DNA of 63,988 nt, filler included, from Klebsormidium nitens (taxonomy: Eukaryota > Plantae > Klebsormidiophyceae): the NCBI GenBank assembly GCA_000708835.1. It is 7 parts of 7 records of this genome, joined end to end, with 100 filler letters (N's around TTAATTAATTAA, not from the genome) between each part and the next. Parts side by side here need not be neighbours in the genome. Positions count along the whole stretch, not along the records: positions 11,406 to 41,961 come from DF237769.1; positions 42,062 to 53,026 come from DF238176.1; 5 more parts are not named here. The stretch is one strand, 5' to 3'. Below the pieces are notes generated by a model. The model was not told the origin of the DNA. It saw only the letters and a list, made by a program, of their open reading frames with translations, and ran no database searches. Every line of letters starts with the position of its first letter. Positions within the stretch are counted from its first letter, which is position 1. The position numbers were made by a program, and so were the translations under genes. Below, in pieces: positions 39,201-51,855 of the stretch.

Positions 39201-40950
39201 TGAATCAAATGAGAGGCGCGCTGAGTGAATTAGAGGATATATGGGCCTTATTGGTGGACCGCTGAAGGTCTACTGGTGGCAACCATGAGCAGAACAAATC
39301 CGCCAATGGCCATGGTGTCGACGTTGCGGTTCTATCTGTGGCACATGCCTTGTAAACAATGGCATGATCCTGCTTCACTTTGGAGATGCAAGCCATCATC
39401 TCACAACCTTTCAACTTTAGTTGTATTGGAATGATGACTTCAGCAAGTGCGCAATCTCAGCGTGACTTCAGCAAGTGCGCAATCTCAACGTGACAAGATG
39501 CTCTTACAGAGTGAAGTTGAAGGATGTGATTGAAATCTTCGGCTGCCATTCACCCTAACTCCAGAACCTGTTCAGTTAAGCTTAGCAAGCTGCTGCCTAT
39601 CAGCCTTTGCTTTCTCCGAGTATTCATCAAGGAGTGCCTCTCATTGTCTGCAGCACACAATCCAACCGCATCTGATCACAAGTCTGTGCAACCCTACTCG
39701 CACGAGAATCAAATGTCAAAAAGTTTTTGAATCCTCACCTGGCGTCCATCAATGGTGTGCTTCTCCTGCACCACCTGGTCAGCAATGCTGGGGTCTGCAA
39801 AGACCACAAATCCAAACCCGCGCGCTCGGCCTGTGGCCCTGTCCTTCATGATGATTGTTTCAACAACCTCGCCGTACGCTTCGAAGTGCTGCTTCAGCCG
39901 CTCTGCATTCAAAAACGAATTGTCTGGCTTGGTCGCCAATGAAATTGATATCCTGTGAGATTGTCAAACATGACAATTATTGACAAATTCACCCGACCTG
40001 ACCGAACTGCGTTGATCAGATCATTTTCTGAAAAGCTCCTCAAACCGCCGATGGTGGCTTTCACCTCTTCGCAATCTGCTCTGATCTGTACCTCACACTC
40101 TGACCCTTTTCGAAGCACAAATATTAACAATTTGCCAGCAATAATGCGCTTAACAAATGCTCTCTCAACAGACCCTGTTCTGAAAGTATTGCCACCAGGC
40201 GCTGCCTCTCTTCTCATTGGGAAGACATCTTTAAGACCGGCTACTCCTATCTTCAAGCTCTGCAAATTCCGAACACAAACCAATCAAACAGTACCAAGAA
40301 ATACTTCGGTAATGGAACTGAAAGAAGCCACATCCACATATCATTCAAGAGGGCGCTGGATTCTATCGACACTCTGATTCCCAAAGTGAAAGTTCAGACT
40401 TACCCTCGGTGGTCTCCCATGAGATTCCGCCAACAAAAAGCTTTCTGCAATTGCAAGAAACAAGAATGAATAGGAAGTACTGAGCAGACCAGCGGACGCA
40501 GGCTTCCTTGGAGCACTTATCTGCTTCTGAAGTGATCACCTTGACAGCTTGAAAAATCAATTTGGATTTGATTCAAGATAGATCAACAGCACAGCTGACT
40601 GATAAGATCTGGCCGTTGATTGATCGAGGCCAATCATTTCTCGCATGCTTCTCAATTTGTTCCGATTTCCAGCCTCCTGCCAAGTGACCAAGGCTTTGGA
40701 CTACAAGCACACTAGCGACTGCGCAATGGAACAGACTAGTTCAAAAACCGCTCTGAAAAGATCCTTGAGTCAGGCATTCGAAGGCAATGCACCCATGGAA
40801 AGGAGCAAGATCTGCAAGGTCGACAAGCACCCGCAGGGCATCGCCCCTGTCGTGCCTGCAATGAGTGATAGCAAACCCGCCAATCCTGTATCGAAGCCGT
40901 GCCACCCTATGTAAAACGTGCTCCCACGCTCACCCTGCATCGTTGTCCAT
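36295..40950 (-). CDS. hnRNP A/B / Musashi-like RNA-binding protein: two RRMs plus a Gly/Tyr-rich C-terminal low-complexity region, multi-exon
   Basis: The exons read MDNDAG|KLFVGGISWETTE, GRARGFGFVVFAD, KKIFVGGLASTVTE, RPRGFGFISFD and VEVKRAIPK, followed by GGYGGYG-rich exons. RNP1 and RNP2 motifs are present in both RRMs. Confidence 0.92.
39435..39490. repeat. Two-copy 28-bp tandem repeat in an intron of the RRM gene
   Basis: TGACTTCAGCAAGTGCGCAATCTCA(G/A)CG occurs twice in tandem. Confidence 0.85.
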
Positions 40951-42061
40951 CCCAGAACCCCCTCCTCCTGGAGATAGGGCCATCTCTTGTAGCAAGAAAA
41001 GAATTGGACCTGTAATGACTTCTCAGCAAGCAATTCTCGAGCAGAGGCCGCTGCCAGCCCGATTAGGAAACTAGAAGAGCCAATTGTAATGCAGCAGACA
41101 ATGCAAGAATAGCAGAATGAATGTCCAACTCGTGTGCAAAACACGATCGGGCGCCGTCTATAATGCACATCGCTGAGGTGCCTATTCCCTTGAAGCCCTG
41201 GGAGACTTTCTGGACAGGAACAGGATCCTGGAAAGGGCAATGCCTACTGCTGCAGCGGCGCCATTGGCATCTCCAACCACGTCCCTATCCACTACACCTG
41301 GCGCCGCCCCCCTGGCGAGTACAGCTGCTCTCTAGCTGGAACGAGATCTCTGACTCTGAGTCCCGCTCTGACTCCCGATCAGTCCTCTATTAATCTAGCT
41401 GTCCGCGTGACATCAGCGAGTTCGCATTGCCGAAAGAGTGACCGCAATTTCCTGAAATAATAGAAAGCTCCAACACCTCTCTCGTCGAATCGCTCATAGG
41501 TTTCAACATTCCACAACTCCTTCGACGCATTTTATCAACTCCGTCGGCTTTCAACAACTGAGATAACGCCGAGGTGTGACCCCTCCGGCTTGACGTCACA
41601 CTTGGTACAACCTCAGTTAACTCAAGAAGCAACTGCCGAGCGCCAACTGTCAATCGATGAACGGTCCATTGAACCTCAGACGTGCGAAACAGTTGCCGCG
41701 ACCGCCGACGTGACCGGGTTGCAACTTGCCACAAGCTGCAACTTGCCGGATCGGACCGGTTAAGTGTTTACCAATGGAGCAGTCGGTGCTCGGCAGGCGG
41801 TGCTCACACTATAACGGCTCCGATACGAAACATGTGTCTGATGAGTTTGCAACCACAGCCGCATGTCACGGTACCTGCCCCGCTCGGTTGCGTGCTTGGC
41901 GCTCGCGAGGCCGGACCTTATCTAGGTAGGAGGGTACCTACTACTATACCCAGTGGGACGTNNNNNNNNNNNNNNNNNNNNNNNNNNNNNNNNNNNNNNN
42001 NNNNNTTAATTAATTAANNNNNNNNNNNNNNNNNNNNNNNNNNNNNNNNNNNNNNNNNNNN

Positions 42062-45000
42062 CCCCCCCAGCTCGGCAACCTGACCAGCCTCACCAGCCTC
42101 GACCTCTCCTCAAACCACCTCTCCGGCCCAATCCCCCCCGAGCTCGGCCGCCTGACCCGACTCACCGAACTCTTCCTTACAGCAAACAACCTCTCCGGCC
42201 CCATCCCCACCGACCTCGGCCGCCTGACCAACCTCCGCACCCTCTACCTCCTTAACAACAGGCTCTCAGGCACCATTCCCCCCGGGCTCGGCAGCTTGCC
42301 CAACCTCAAATTCCTCTCCCTCTCAAGAAACGGCCTCTCCGGCCCCATACCCTCCCAGCTCGGCAACCTGACCCAACTCATTTATCTTGACCTCTACAGC
42401 AACAACCTCTCGGGCACCATTCCTCCCGAGCTCGCCAGCCTGACCCAACTCAGCGAACTCGAGCTCTCCTTCAACGATCTCTCCGGCCCCATACCCCCTG
42501 GGCTGGGCAGCCTCACTAAACTCTTCACACTCGTGCTCTCCTTCAACAACCTCTCCGGCCCCATTCCCCCCGAGCTTGGCAGCCTGATCAACCTCATCTC
42601 CCTCGACCTTTCTGCCAACAATCTCTCCGGCTCCATTCCCCCTGGGCTGGGCAGCCTCAAACTCATCCAACTCGGGCTCTTCAGCAACAACCTCTCCGGC
42701 CCCATTCCCCCATTGCTAGGCAACCTGACCAGCCTCACCAGCCTCGACCTCACCCCCAATGACCTCTCTGGCCCTATCCCCCCNNNNNNNNNNNNNNNNN
42801 NNNNNNNNNNNNNNNNNNNNNNNNNNNNNNNNNNNNNNNNNNNNNNNNNNNNNNNNNNNNNNNNNNNNNNNNNNNNNNNNNNNNNNNNNNNNNNNNNNNN
42901 NNNNNNNNNNNNNNNNNNNNNNNNNNNNNNNNNNNNNNNNNNNNNNNNNNNNNNNNNNNNNNNNNNNNNNNNNNNNNNNNNNNNNNNNNNNNNNNNNNNN
43001 NNNNNNNNNNNNNNNNNNNNNNNNNNNNNNNNNNNNNNNNNNNNNNNNNNNNNNNNNNNNNNNNNNNNNNNNNNNNNNNNNNNNNNNNNNNNNNNNNNNN
43101 NNNNNNNNNNNNNNNNNNNNNNNNNNNNNNNNNNNNNNNNNNNNNNNNNNNNNNNNNNNNNNNNNNNNNNNNNNNNNNNNNNNNNNNNNNNNNNNNNNNN
43201 NNNNNNNNNNNNNNNNNNNNNNNNNNNNNNNNNNNNNNNNNNNNNNNNNNNNNNNNNNNNNNNNNNNNNNNNNNNNNNNNNNNNNNNNNNNNNNNNNNNN
43301 NNNNTCGGCCGCCTGACCGGACTCCTCACACTCAGCCTTGCATCAAACAACCTCTCCGGTCCTATCTCCTCCGAGCTCGGCCGCCTGACCCGACTCTCCT
43401 ACCTCGACCTCTCATCCAACGGCCTCTCGGACCCATCTCCTCCGAGCTCGGCCGCCTGACACAACTCACCAGGCTCGACCTCTCCTCTAACGACCTCTCC
43501 GGCCCCATCCCGTCTGAGTTCAATCATCTGCTTGCCATCAGTACCCTCAACCTTAGCTTCACAGGCACGACCTGCGAAGCGCTTGACTTGTCTCGTATGA
43601 GAAAGATCACGAACCTGGGCCTACCTGACGCGCCACCCCCTTCTTTCGAGCACAACAATCTGACCTACTTATCGCTATCCGTGAACAACAACAATCCCAC
43701 CAGACACCTGGATCTCTCGTCTGTGCCAGAAACTTGCAAAATCGTCAACATGACAGGCTCGCACCCCAATCTCGAGAGCATCCGGTTCTGGGGAGCTTGC
43801 GAGAAGGGCTGCATTGTGAGCTTGGCGGGCACCGGGGCGAGATTGTCCCGCAGCACTCGCAGGAAGGTGTGCTTGAGTCCGATATCGGTCTTCCTCTCGG
43901 GGGACATTCCCATCCCGCTGTTCGAAGGACCTCAGGCTTCTCGCCGGTTTTTGGGCGTTCTCAGAAACGCGCAGGGGAACTACACCTTGGCAGACCCGAA
44001 CTTTGTGGATCTGATCGACCTGGGTCGCGAAGGCAGAGCGTACACGGGGGTCGGCTTTTCGAGGGTCCAGGCAGGCAATCTCTGCGGCAACCCCGAGGCG
44101 AAGGTGGTCACGGCGCTCGTCTTCGTGGTATTCGCCGTCCTCTTGCTTCTGGGGACCATCTCCATCCTCCTGGTGGCCCGCTGGCGCCGTCGAGTCCAGG
44201 GTGCAGGGCTCGAGACTGCAGATGGGGGGCGACTCGGGTAAGTCGTTGGGATGGTTTTGGAGTTCGAAGACGTCTCTCCTCCTGCCCGACTTTCAGCACT
44301 TTGAATCTCTGGTGATCTGGTCAAGCCGCCGTGATGAGATTTGTTGTTTGGAAGGGATTCTTAATCCTTGCGCATGCCTCCGCAACTTCAGGCTTGCTGG
44401 GCTTTACCTGTGGGGAGCTGCAATGGGCGTCCTGCCCGTCGTGGACGTCATCACCGACTTTCTGGTGCTGAGCGAGGTCTGGGGGGCGTGGCCGATGTGG
44501 CTGGTGCTGGCGTCGGTCTGCGTGCCGTTCTTATGGGCGTCTTTCGCGGTGGCCAAGGCCTGGTCGTCGAGCGGGAGTCCGGTGCGCGGGTGGAAGGGAT
44601 TGCGGGTCAGATGGCTGTGGCCACTGCCGGCTCTGAGTGATGAGCAGCCGAGGACGTCGGACGGGTGGTCCCCACGCGCCGCGGTACTGGCAATCCTGCT
44701 GCTGCCCCTGAGCCTCTTGGGGGTGCTCGTCCAGGACCTGCTGTCCGTGGCGGAGAGGTTCGGGCTTCATCTGGCGACCGGGGACCGGATCGTCGTTTTC
44801 GAGCGCTATCACGAGTCTCGGGTGGTCGTCGAGTTGCTCCTGGAGTCGCTGCCCCAGGCGGTGTTCCAGACCGGACTGTACATAATAGGGAGCTCGAGGG
44901 CGACCCGCATCTACATCGACCAGCGCATCTTCGTGCAGTCCATCGTGGTGTCGCTGTGCAGTCTGTCGGTGCATTACTGCACCATGCTCTGGGAGGCGGT

Positions 45001-45136
45001 GTACGAGGGCAGGTCGCTTTTCCGGGTGTTCTTGGACCGATTCAATGGTGCGGGGCAGCCGAGTCTCGTGACGCTGACCACCGAGCCGAGCGCGGACGAA
45101 GAAGTGGAGGGGTTGAGTCACAAGGTGGCGAGTTGA
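42062..45136 (+). CDS. LRR receptor-like protein fused to an XK-related-like multipass domain, copy 1; 5' end missing, gap 42784-43304, apparent frameshift ~43428, intron 44238-44391
   Basis: 24-aa plant-type LRRs (LxxLxxLxLxxNxLSGPIPxELG) are followed by a juxtamembrane domain with GNLCGN and the TM helix ALVFVVFAVLLLLGTISILLVA plus RWRRR. A phase-2 GTAAGT...CAG intron leads into a domain with DVITD and ELLLESLPQAVFQ. Confidence 0.85.
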
Positions 45137-45794
45137 AGAAAGTATTCAAGCGATGGGTTGCGACCCTTTGATAAAAAGAATCTAGCGTCCACACGGTAAA
45201 TAAATCACGCGCGTCCTTACCCCTCCGGACGTCAAAACAAACAGTCCCGTCTGCCACTAGGCTAACAACATGTGGTCTTATATCCTAAGGTTCCGTTCTT
45301 TTTCGAGCATGCGATTCAAACGTAGTTTTCGTTGATAATGGTCCATTGTTCGACATAGAGCCTCAGATTGGGACTTGAAGCGGCAACTCCATAATTGCTA
45401 CGCAAGCTTGTAAATGTACATGGCATGCCTTGTGTCATGGATTCGGTCGTGGATCATGGATGTGACTCCGATACAGCAAGCTCCATGATGTGTTCACGTT
45501 CGCGGACTGGGATTGCCAGATGTCGAATACCCGCTCTTGGTTTTTCGCGGTCGCGGTCATACCATTTACTACTATTATGGAAGTGCGCGCACTCGCGAAC
45601 CTTTCGGAAAATGATCATTTCTTCAGCGCGCGCTCGCGGACCAGTCATGTCACGTGGCAAACCGAAACGCGAGTCCGCGCGCCTGTACTGATTTGTAGGT
45701 GTCAGGCTGCTGTGAACATTGTTTCCGGCAATGTGTCCGTACTGCTCGTCTGCTACTCACGGGTGCATTGGCTCCCCAGGCGGGATAAGTGTTG

Positions 45795-46551
45795 ACATTT
45801 GCCTCTCATGACGACGTCATGATGTACGGACACCTTCGATGACACAGAATGCTCGGCACTTCTGGACCACATTGCCCTGCACCGCGCACTGAATGTCCAC
45901 ACATCTTGAAAGGAAACAATACACGAATCAGGTACAGATACATTGTGATTGGCAGAGGTTCCAAGACTAGCCAGGGCGGACGATCCCGCTTCCTTCCACG
46001 GAGTTCCCCTCCTCGAATGTTCCTCTTGGAGTGGAGAAGGATCTCCCTCTTTGAATTAAAAAGCCCACCACATTCACAGCGCTCCTGGAACTACTCAGTG
46101 GAGGAATGGCCTTGGAAAGTGGACGGTGAATATATCTGGGAAGCGCTGCTCTCTGCTGCCTCGAGGAGCCAACTACAAGGAGATGCGTCCGCATCATTGA
46201 TCTGTATCCACACGTGAGTCCATATGCGAAGTTTTCTGCCTAGGCCCGGCGGTATATTGTACCCCACTTCCTGGGTCATGTGCTCATTCCTTGGAATACT
46301 GCTTCATTCCTTGAAGATTCTTTGTAGCATTGCAATGTCACCTGATGATGATTGTACTGCAGAATTTGGAGCGGCATGTCGCAGCAGGCTTTTGACGAGC
46401 TTATGCAAGGTTCTTTGTGGTCGTCATGTGCAAGGGTGTGTGGTGCAGACTTGGGGGTGGAATCTGTGACCCATCGCCCTTCATGATAGAGGGAGCCAAT
46501 CGCTTGAGCTGGGGCTTATTCAATTACCTTCTTGCACTTTCAGGTATCACC
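45795..46551 (+). repeat. Upstream/5'UTR region of LRR copy 2, duplicated at ~51120-51855 upstream of copy 3
   Basis: Long shared blocks include GTCATGATGTACGGACA..TTCGATGACACAGAAT, CTAGCCAGGGCGGACGATCCC, GGGAAGCGCTGCTCTCTGCTGCCTCGAGGAGCCA and TTGAGCTGGGGCTTAT. Both end in an acceptor-like (C/T)AG|GTAT(C/T)ACCATG. Confidence 0.9.
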
Positions 46552-49500
46552 ATGGCCCCCATACCGGCTGGAACCCTGCGCTATACTTTCTCAATATTGG
46601 GGCTCCTCTGTGCATCGGGGCTCTTGAGAGGAGTATGGTCCGCAACCATGGAGGAGATCGACGATCTCGTCCAGGGCCCACTCTGGAACCAGACGAGCAT
46701 CATGATCAGCGGCGGCGAGTTATCCGGCCGGATCCCCCCAGAGCTCGGCGACCTGACCAACCTCACTTCCCTCGACCTCTCCTACAACAACCTCTCCGGC
46801 CCCATCCCACCCGAGCTCGGCCGTCTGACCCAACTCACCGAACTCTCCCTCTCCTCCAACCGACTCTCCGGCCCCATCCCTCCTGAGCTCGGTGACCTAA
46901 CCGGACTCACCAACCTCTCCCTCTCCTACAACCGCCTCTCGGGCCCCATCCCCCCCGAGCTCGGCGACCTGAACGCACTCACCAGCCTCTCCCTCTCCTT
47001 CAACGAGCTGTCTGGCCACATTCCCGTCGAGCTTGGTCGCCTGTCCAACCTCACCCTTCTTTACCTCTTCTCCAACAACCTCTCTGGCCCCATCCCCGCC
47101 GCGCTTGGCCGTCTGTCCAAACTCACCAGCCTCGACCTCTACAACAACAGCCTCTCCGGCAACATTCCCCCCGAGCTCGGCAGCCTGTCCAACCTCACCT
47201 TCCTCTACCTCCCGATCAACCGCCTATCCGGCAACATTCCTCCCGAGATCGGCCGCCTGTCTAACCTGAACCACCTCTATCTCTCTATCAATCCCCTGTC
47301 CGGCACCATTCCCCCCGAGCTCGGCAGCCTGTCCAATCTCACCTTCCTCTTCCTCGCCTCCAACAACCTCTCCGGCTCCATCCCCGCCGAGCTCGGCCAT
47401 CTGACCAGACTCACCAACCTCTCCCTTTCCAACAACAGCCTCTCCGGCAGCATTCCTTCCGCGTTCGGCAACCTGTCCAACCTCACCTTCCTCGACCTCT
47501 CCTACAACGACCTCTCCGGCCCTATCCCCGCCGAGCTTGGCAGCCTCACCAGACCCACCCTCCTCGACCTCTCCTACAACGACCTCTCTGGCCCTATCCC
47601 CGCCGAGCTGGGCAGCCTTGCCAGACTCGCCCTTCTCGACCTCTCCTACAACAACCTCTCCGGCCCCATTCCCTCCGAGCTGGGCAGCCTGACCGGCCTC
47701 ACCCAGCTCTACCTCACGTCCAACGAACTCTCCGGCATCATCCCCCACGAGCTCGGCCGCCTCTCCAACCTCATCAGCCTCTTCCTCTACTTCAATAGCC
47801 TCTCTGGCACCATTCCCCCCGAGCTCGGCAGCCTGTCCAACCTCACCCTCCTTCACCTCTCCAACAACCGCCTCTCCGGCCTCATCCCCGCAGANNNNNN
47901 NNNNNNNNNNNNNNNNNNNNNNNNNNNNNNNNNNNNNNNNNNNNNNNNNNNNNNNNNNNNNNNNNNNNNNNNNNNNNNNNNNNNNNNNNNNNNNNNNNNN
48001 NNNNNNNNNNNNNNNNNNNNNNNNNNNNNNNNNNNNNNNNNNNNNNNNNNNNNNNNNNNNNNNNNNNNNNNNNNNNNNNNNNNNNNNNNNNNNNNNNNNN
48101 NNNNNNNNNNNNNNNNNNNNNNNNNNNNNNNNNNNNNNNNNNNNNNNNNNNNNNNNNNNNNNNNNNNNNNNNNNNNNNNNNNNNNNNNNNNNNNNNNNNN
48201 NNNNNNNNNNNNNNNNNNNNNNNNNNNNNNNNNNNNNNNNNNNNNNNNNNNNNNNNNNNNNNNNNNNNNNNNNNNNNNNNNNNNNNNNNNNNNNNNNNNN
48301 NNNNNNNNNNNNNNNNGTCTGACCGGCCTCACCATGCTCCACATCTCCTCGAACGACCTTTCCGGTCCCATCATCCCCGAGCTCGGCAGTTTGACCAATC
48401 TCTGGTCCCTCGACCTCTCCTCCAACGACCTCTCCGGCCTCATTCCCCTCGAGCTCGGCAGACTGTCGAGTGCCAAATTACTACTTCTCGACCTCTACAA
48501 CAACAACCTCTCCGGCCCTATTCCCCCTGAGCTCGCTCGCCTAAGCGGCCTCGTGGGCCTGTACCTCCACAACAACAGCCTCTCCGGCCCCATCCCCCCC
48601 GAGCTCAGCCGCATGGGCAGGCTCGGTGCCCTGGACCTCTCCTTCAACGGCCTCTCCGGCCCCATCCCCCCCGAGCTCGTCAACCTTACCAGACTCACCA
48701 CCCTCGACCTCTCCAATAACGATTTATCCGGCCCCATCCCGCCTGAGTTCGGTCGTCTGCTGCGCATCGAAACACTCAACCTCACTGGCACGGATACGTC
48801 TTGCAAAACGCTTGACTTGTCCCGTATGATAAATATTACGAACCTAGGCCTTCCTTGCTCGCCACCCCCTTCTTTCGCGCACAACAATCTGACCTACGTT
48901 GCGCTATCCGTGAGGAGCAACATTTCCACGAGACACCTGGATCTCTCGTCGGTGCCAGACTCCTGCAAGATCGTCAACCTGACGGGCCCGCACCCCGATC
49001 TCGAGAGCATCCGGTTCTGGAGAGCTTGCGACGAGGGCTGCGTCGTGAGCGTGGCGGGCACGGGGGCGAGACTGTCTCGCAGCACTCGCAGAAAGGTGTG
49101 CCTGGGTCGGATATCGGTCTTCCTCTCGGGTGATATTCCCGTCCCGCTGTACGATACATCTGGGGACTTCTTGGGCGTTCTCAGCAACGCGCAAGGGAAT
49201 TACGCTTTAGCGGACCCGGACTTCGTGGATCTGATCGACCTGGGGCGCGACGGGAGGGCGTACACGGGGGTCGGATTCTCGAGGGTCCAGGCGGGTAACC
49301 TCTGCGGCAACCCCGAGGCGAAGGCGGTCACGGCGCTCGTCTTCGGGGCATTCGCCGTCCTCTCGGTGGTGGCGACCATCACCATCGTCGTGGTGGCCCG
49401 CTGGCGCCGTCGAGTCCGAGGTGGAGGGCTAGAGTCTGCAGTTGGGGGGCGACTCGGGTAAGTCGTTGGGATGGGCGCTCGATTTCGAACACGTCTCTCC

Positions 49501-50353
49501 TCTTGAGTATCAGCACTTCACATTTTTGGTGATCTCGTCACGCCGCCGTGACGATATTCGTTGTCTGAAAGGGATTTTGAATTCTTGCGCTTGCATCCGC
49601 AGTTTCAGGCGTGTTGGACTCTACATGTGGGGAGCTGCATTGGGCGTCCTACCCGTCGTTGACGTCGTCACCGACTTCCTGGTGCTGAGCGAGGTCTGGG
49701 GGGCGTGGCCGATGTGGGTGGTGTTGGCGTCCGTCTGCGCGCCGTTCGTGTGGGCGTCTTTCGCCGTTGCTAAGGCCTGGTCGTCGACCGGGAATCCAGT
49801 GGGCGGGTGGAAAGAGTTGCGTGTGAGATGGTTGTGGCCGCTGCCGGCTCTTGCCAACGAGCCGCCGAGGACCACGGACTGGTGGTCCGTGCGCGCCGTG
49901 GTCGTGGCGATCCTGCTGCTACCCATGGGTCTCTTGGGCGTGCTCGTCCAGGACCTGCTCTCCGTGGCGGAGAAGTTCGGGCTTCATCTGGCGACCGGGG
50001 ACCGGATCCTCGTCTTCGAGCGCTACCACGAGTCCCGGGTGATGGTCGAGCTGCTCCTGGAGTCCCTGCCCCAGGCGGTGTTCCAGACGGGACTCTACGT
50101 CATTGGGAGCTCGAGGGCGACCCGCATCTACATCGACCAGCGCATCTTCGTGCAGTCCATCGTGGTGTCGCTGTGCAGTCTGTCCGTGCATTACTGCACC
50201 ATGCTCTGGGAGGCGGTGTACGAGGGCAGGTCGCTGGTCAGGGTGTTTCTCGACCGGTTCGGGAGTGCGGGGCAGCCGAGTGTCGTGACGCTGACCACCG
50301 AGCCGAGCGCGGATGCAGAAGTGGAGGGGTTGAGTCAGAAGGTGGCCAGTTGA
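46552..50353 (+). CDS. LRR receptor-like protein fused to an XK-related-like multipass domain, copy 2 (most complete); gap 47895-48316, intron 49458-49608
   Basis: A signal peptide ([30 protein letters not shown]) precedes about 16 LRRs before the gap and 6-7 after it. A TM helix plus RWRRR follows, then an in-frame splice into GLYMWGAALGVLPVVDVVTD...ELLLESLPQAVFQ...SIVVSLCSLS. Confidence 0.88.
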
Positions 50354-51639
50354 AGATCGTTGTGAAAATCAGCAGGGGACTCGAGGTAGATTGGTTGCGA
50401 CACTACGATAGCCCGTGATTAGCGCTAACATGGTACAAAGGACACTTGCTCAACCTCGCCCTTTTCGGACCTTCAAACACTCCGGCCGTCTGCCACTATA
50501 CTAGTGGATGTCATAGTATCTCGATGATCGTGAGCAGGAGATTCTGACTTCTTGTTGCCATTCTCCTTAAGTGGTTCATTTTCGACGTAGAGGCATCAGA
50601 TTCGGATTGACACCATTAATTCGCAGAGGCATGCTACGTGCGTACGTTTGCGCATACACTGTGGTATGTGTCAAGTATAGCTTCTTGATCCGCGCCGCCG
50701 ACGGTGCACGTGTGCGAGATCGGCTGTTAAGTCGCGCGGTCGCGATTACACCCTTGTAGTGGAGTGCGCGATCGCGAACAATCGTGCCAAGTGGCCAATT
50801 TTCAACCATGGGTCCCGCGCATGTCAAATATTATATCGCGCGCGCAAGCTCGCGGACAAATAATGCCACGAATCAGATGAGAACTCATTTTACAAATGCG
50901 ATAACCTACATTGGATCTAGCGAAAGAGAGCTCTGAGCGGGTCAGTCCTGACTGCCTTGACCAATAATACCAAGCTCGCTCAAGCTTGTTTGTCTGTTTT
51001 TGCAGTGTCAGGCTCCTTCGAATCTTGTCTCCGGCAGTTTGTCCGTATTGCTTCGTACAGAGCTCCACAGGGTCCGCCCTGTGCGTTGGCTTCCGAAGTC
51101 GTTGACGCCGGATCAATGTCGACACCTACCTCTCTCTTGACAACGTCATGATGTACGGACATTTTCGATGACACAGAATCGAAAGGAAACAATAAACAAA
51201 CCACCGAAGCAAAAATGTTGCGTGTGTGCACATAGGGTCATGTTCTTAGCCTAGCCAGGGCGGACGATCCCCCTTATTCCAGCGAAATTCCCCTCCTCAA
51301 ATCTTCCTCTCACAGCGAAGAAGGATCTTCCTCTTTGAATAAAAATCCCATCACGTTCACAGCCCTGCTGGAACAGCTCAGTGGGCGAATGGCCTTGAAA
51401 ACTGGACGGTGAACATCTCTGGGAAGCGCTGCTCTCTGCTGCCTCGAGGAGCCAAGTACAAGGAGACGCGTCGGCATCATTGATCTGTATCCACACGTGA
51501 GCCCATATGTGAAGTTTTCTGTCTAGGCCCGGCGGTATATTGTACCTCATTTTCAAGATTATGTGCTCATTCCTTGGAATACCTGTTGATTCCTTGAAGG
51601 TGGTTTGTAGCGTTGCAATTTCACATGATGATGACCACT

Positions 51640-51660
51640 TTTTAAGGTTTTAGGGTTTTA
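51640..51660 (+). repeat. Interstitial telomere-like insertion TTTTAAGG TTTTAGGG TTTTA
   Basis: Present upstream of LRR copy 3 and absent at the homologous site upstream of copy 2 (~46350-46362). Confidence 0.6.
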
Positions 51661-51855
51661 CCTCAAAATTTGGAGCGGCATGTGGCAGCAGGCTCTTGAC
51701 GAGCTTACGCAAGGTTCTTTGTGGTCGTCATGTTCAAGGCGGTGTAGTGCAGACTTGGGGTGGAATCTGTGACCCATGGAGCTGCATGGTAGAAGGAGCC
51801 GGTTGCTTGAGCTGGGGCTTATCTCTCTTTGCTTCTTGCACTTTTAGGTATTACC

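Noticed and set aside
42001-42020. TTAATTAATTAA palindrome recurring six times
   Set aside because: It is always centred in exactly 100-nt N spacers with stops in all frames, so it is an artificial contig linker.
44238-44391. The LRR-XK intron is stop-free in the downstream frame in both copies, suggesting a frameshift at the G6 run instead of splicing
   Set aside because: The homologous block TTCGAA(G/C)ACGTCTCTCCTC is read in different frames in the two copies. The composition is intron-like and both splice sites are canonical and in phase.
46730-47890. Regularly spaced 72-bp repeats that might suggest a CRISPR-like array
   Set aside because: They are in-frame LRR coding units with no repeat-spacer structure and no cas genes.
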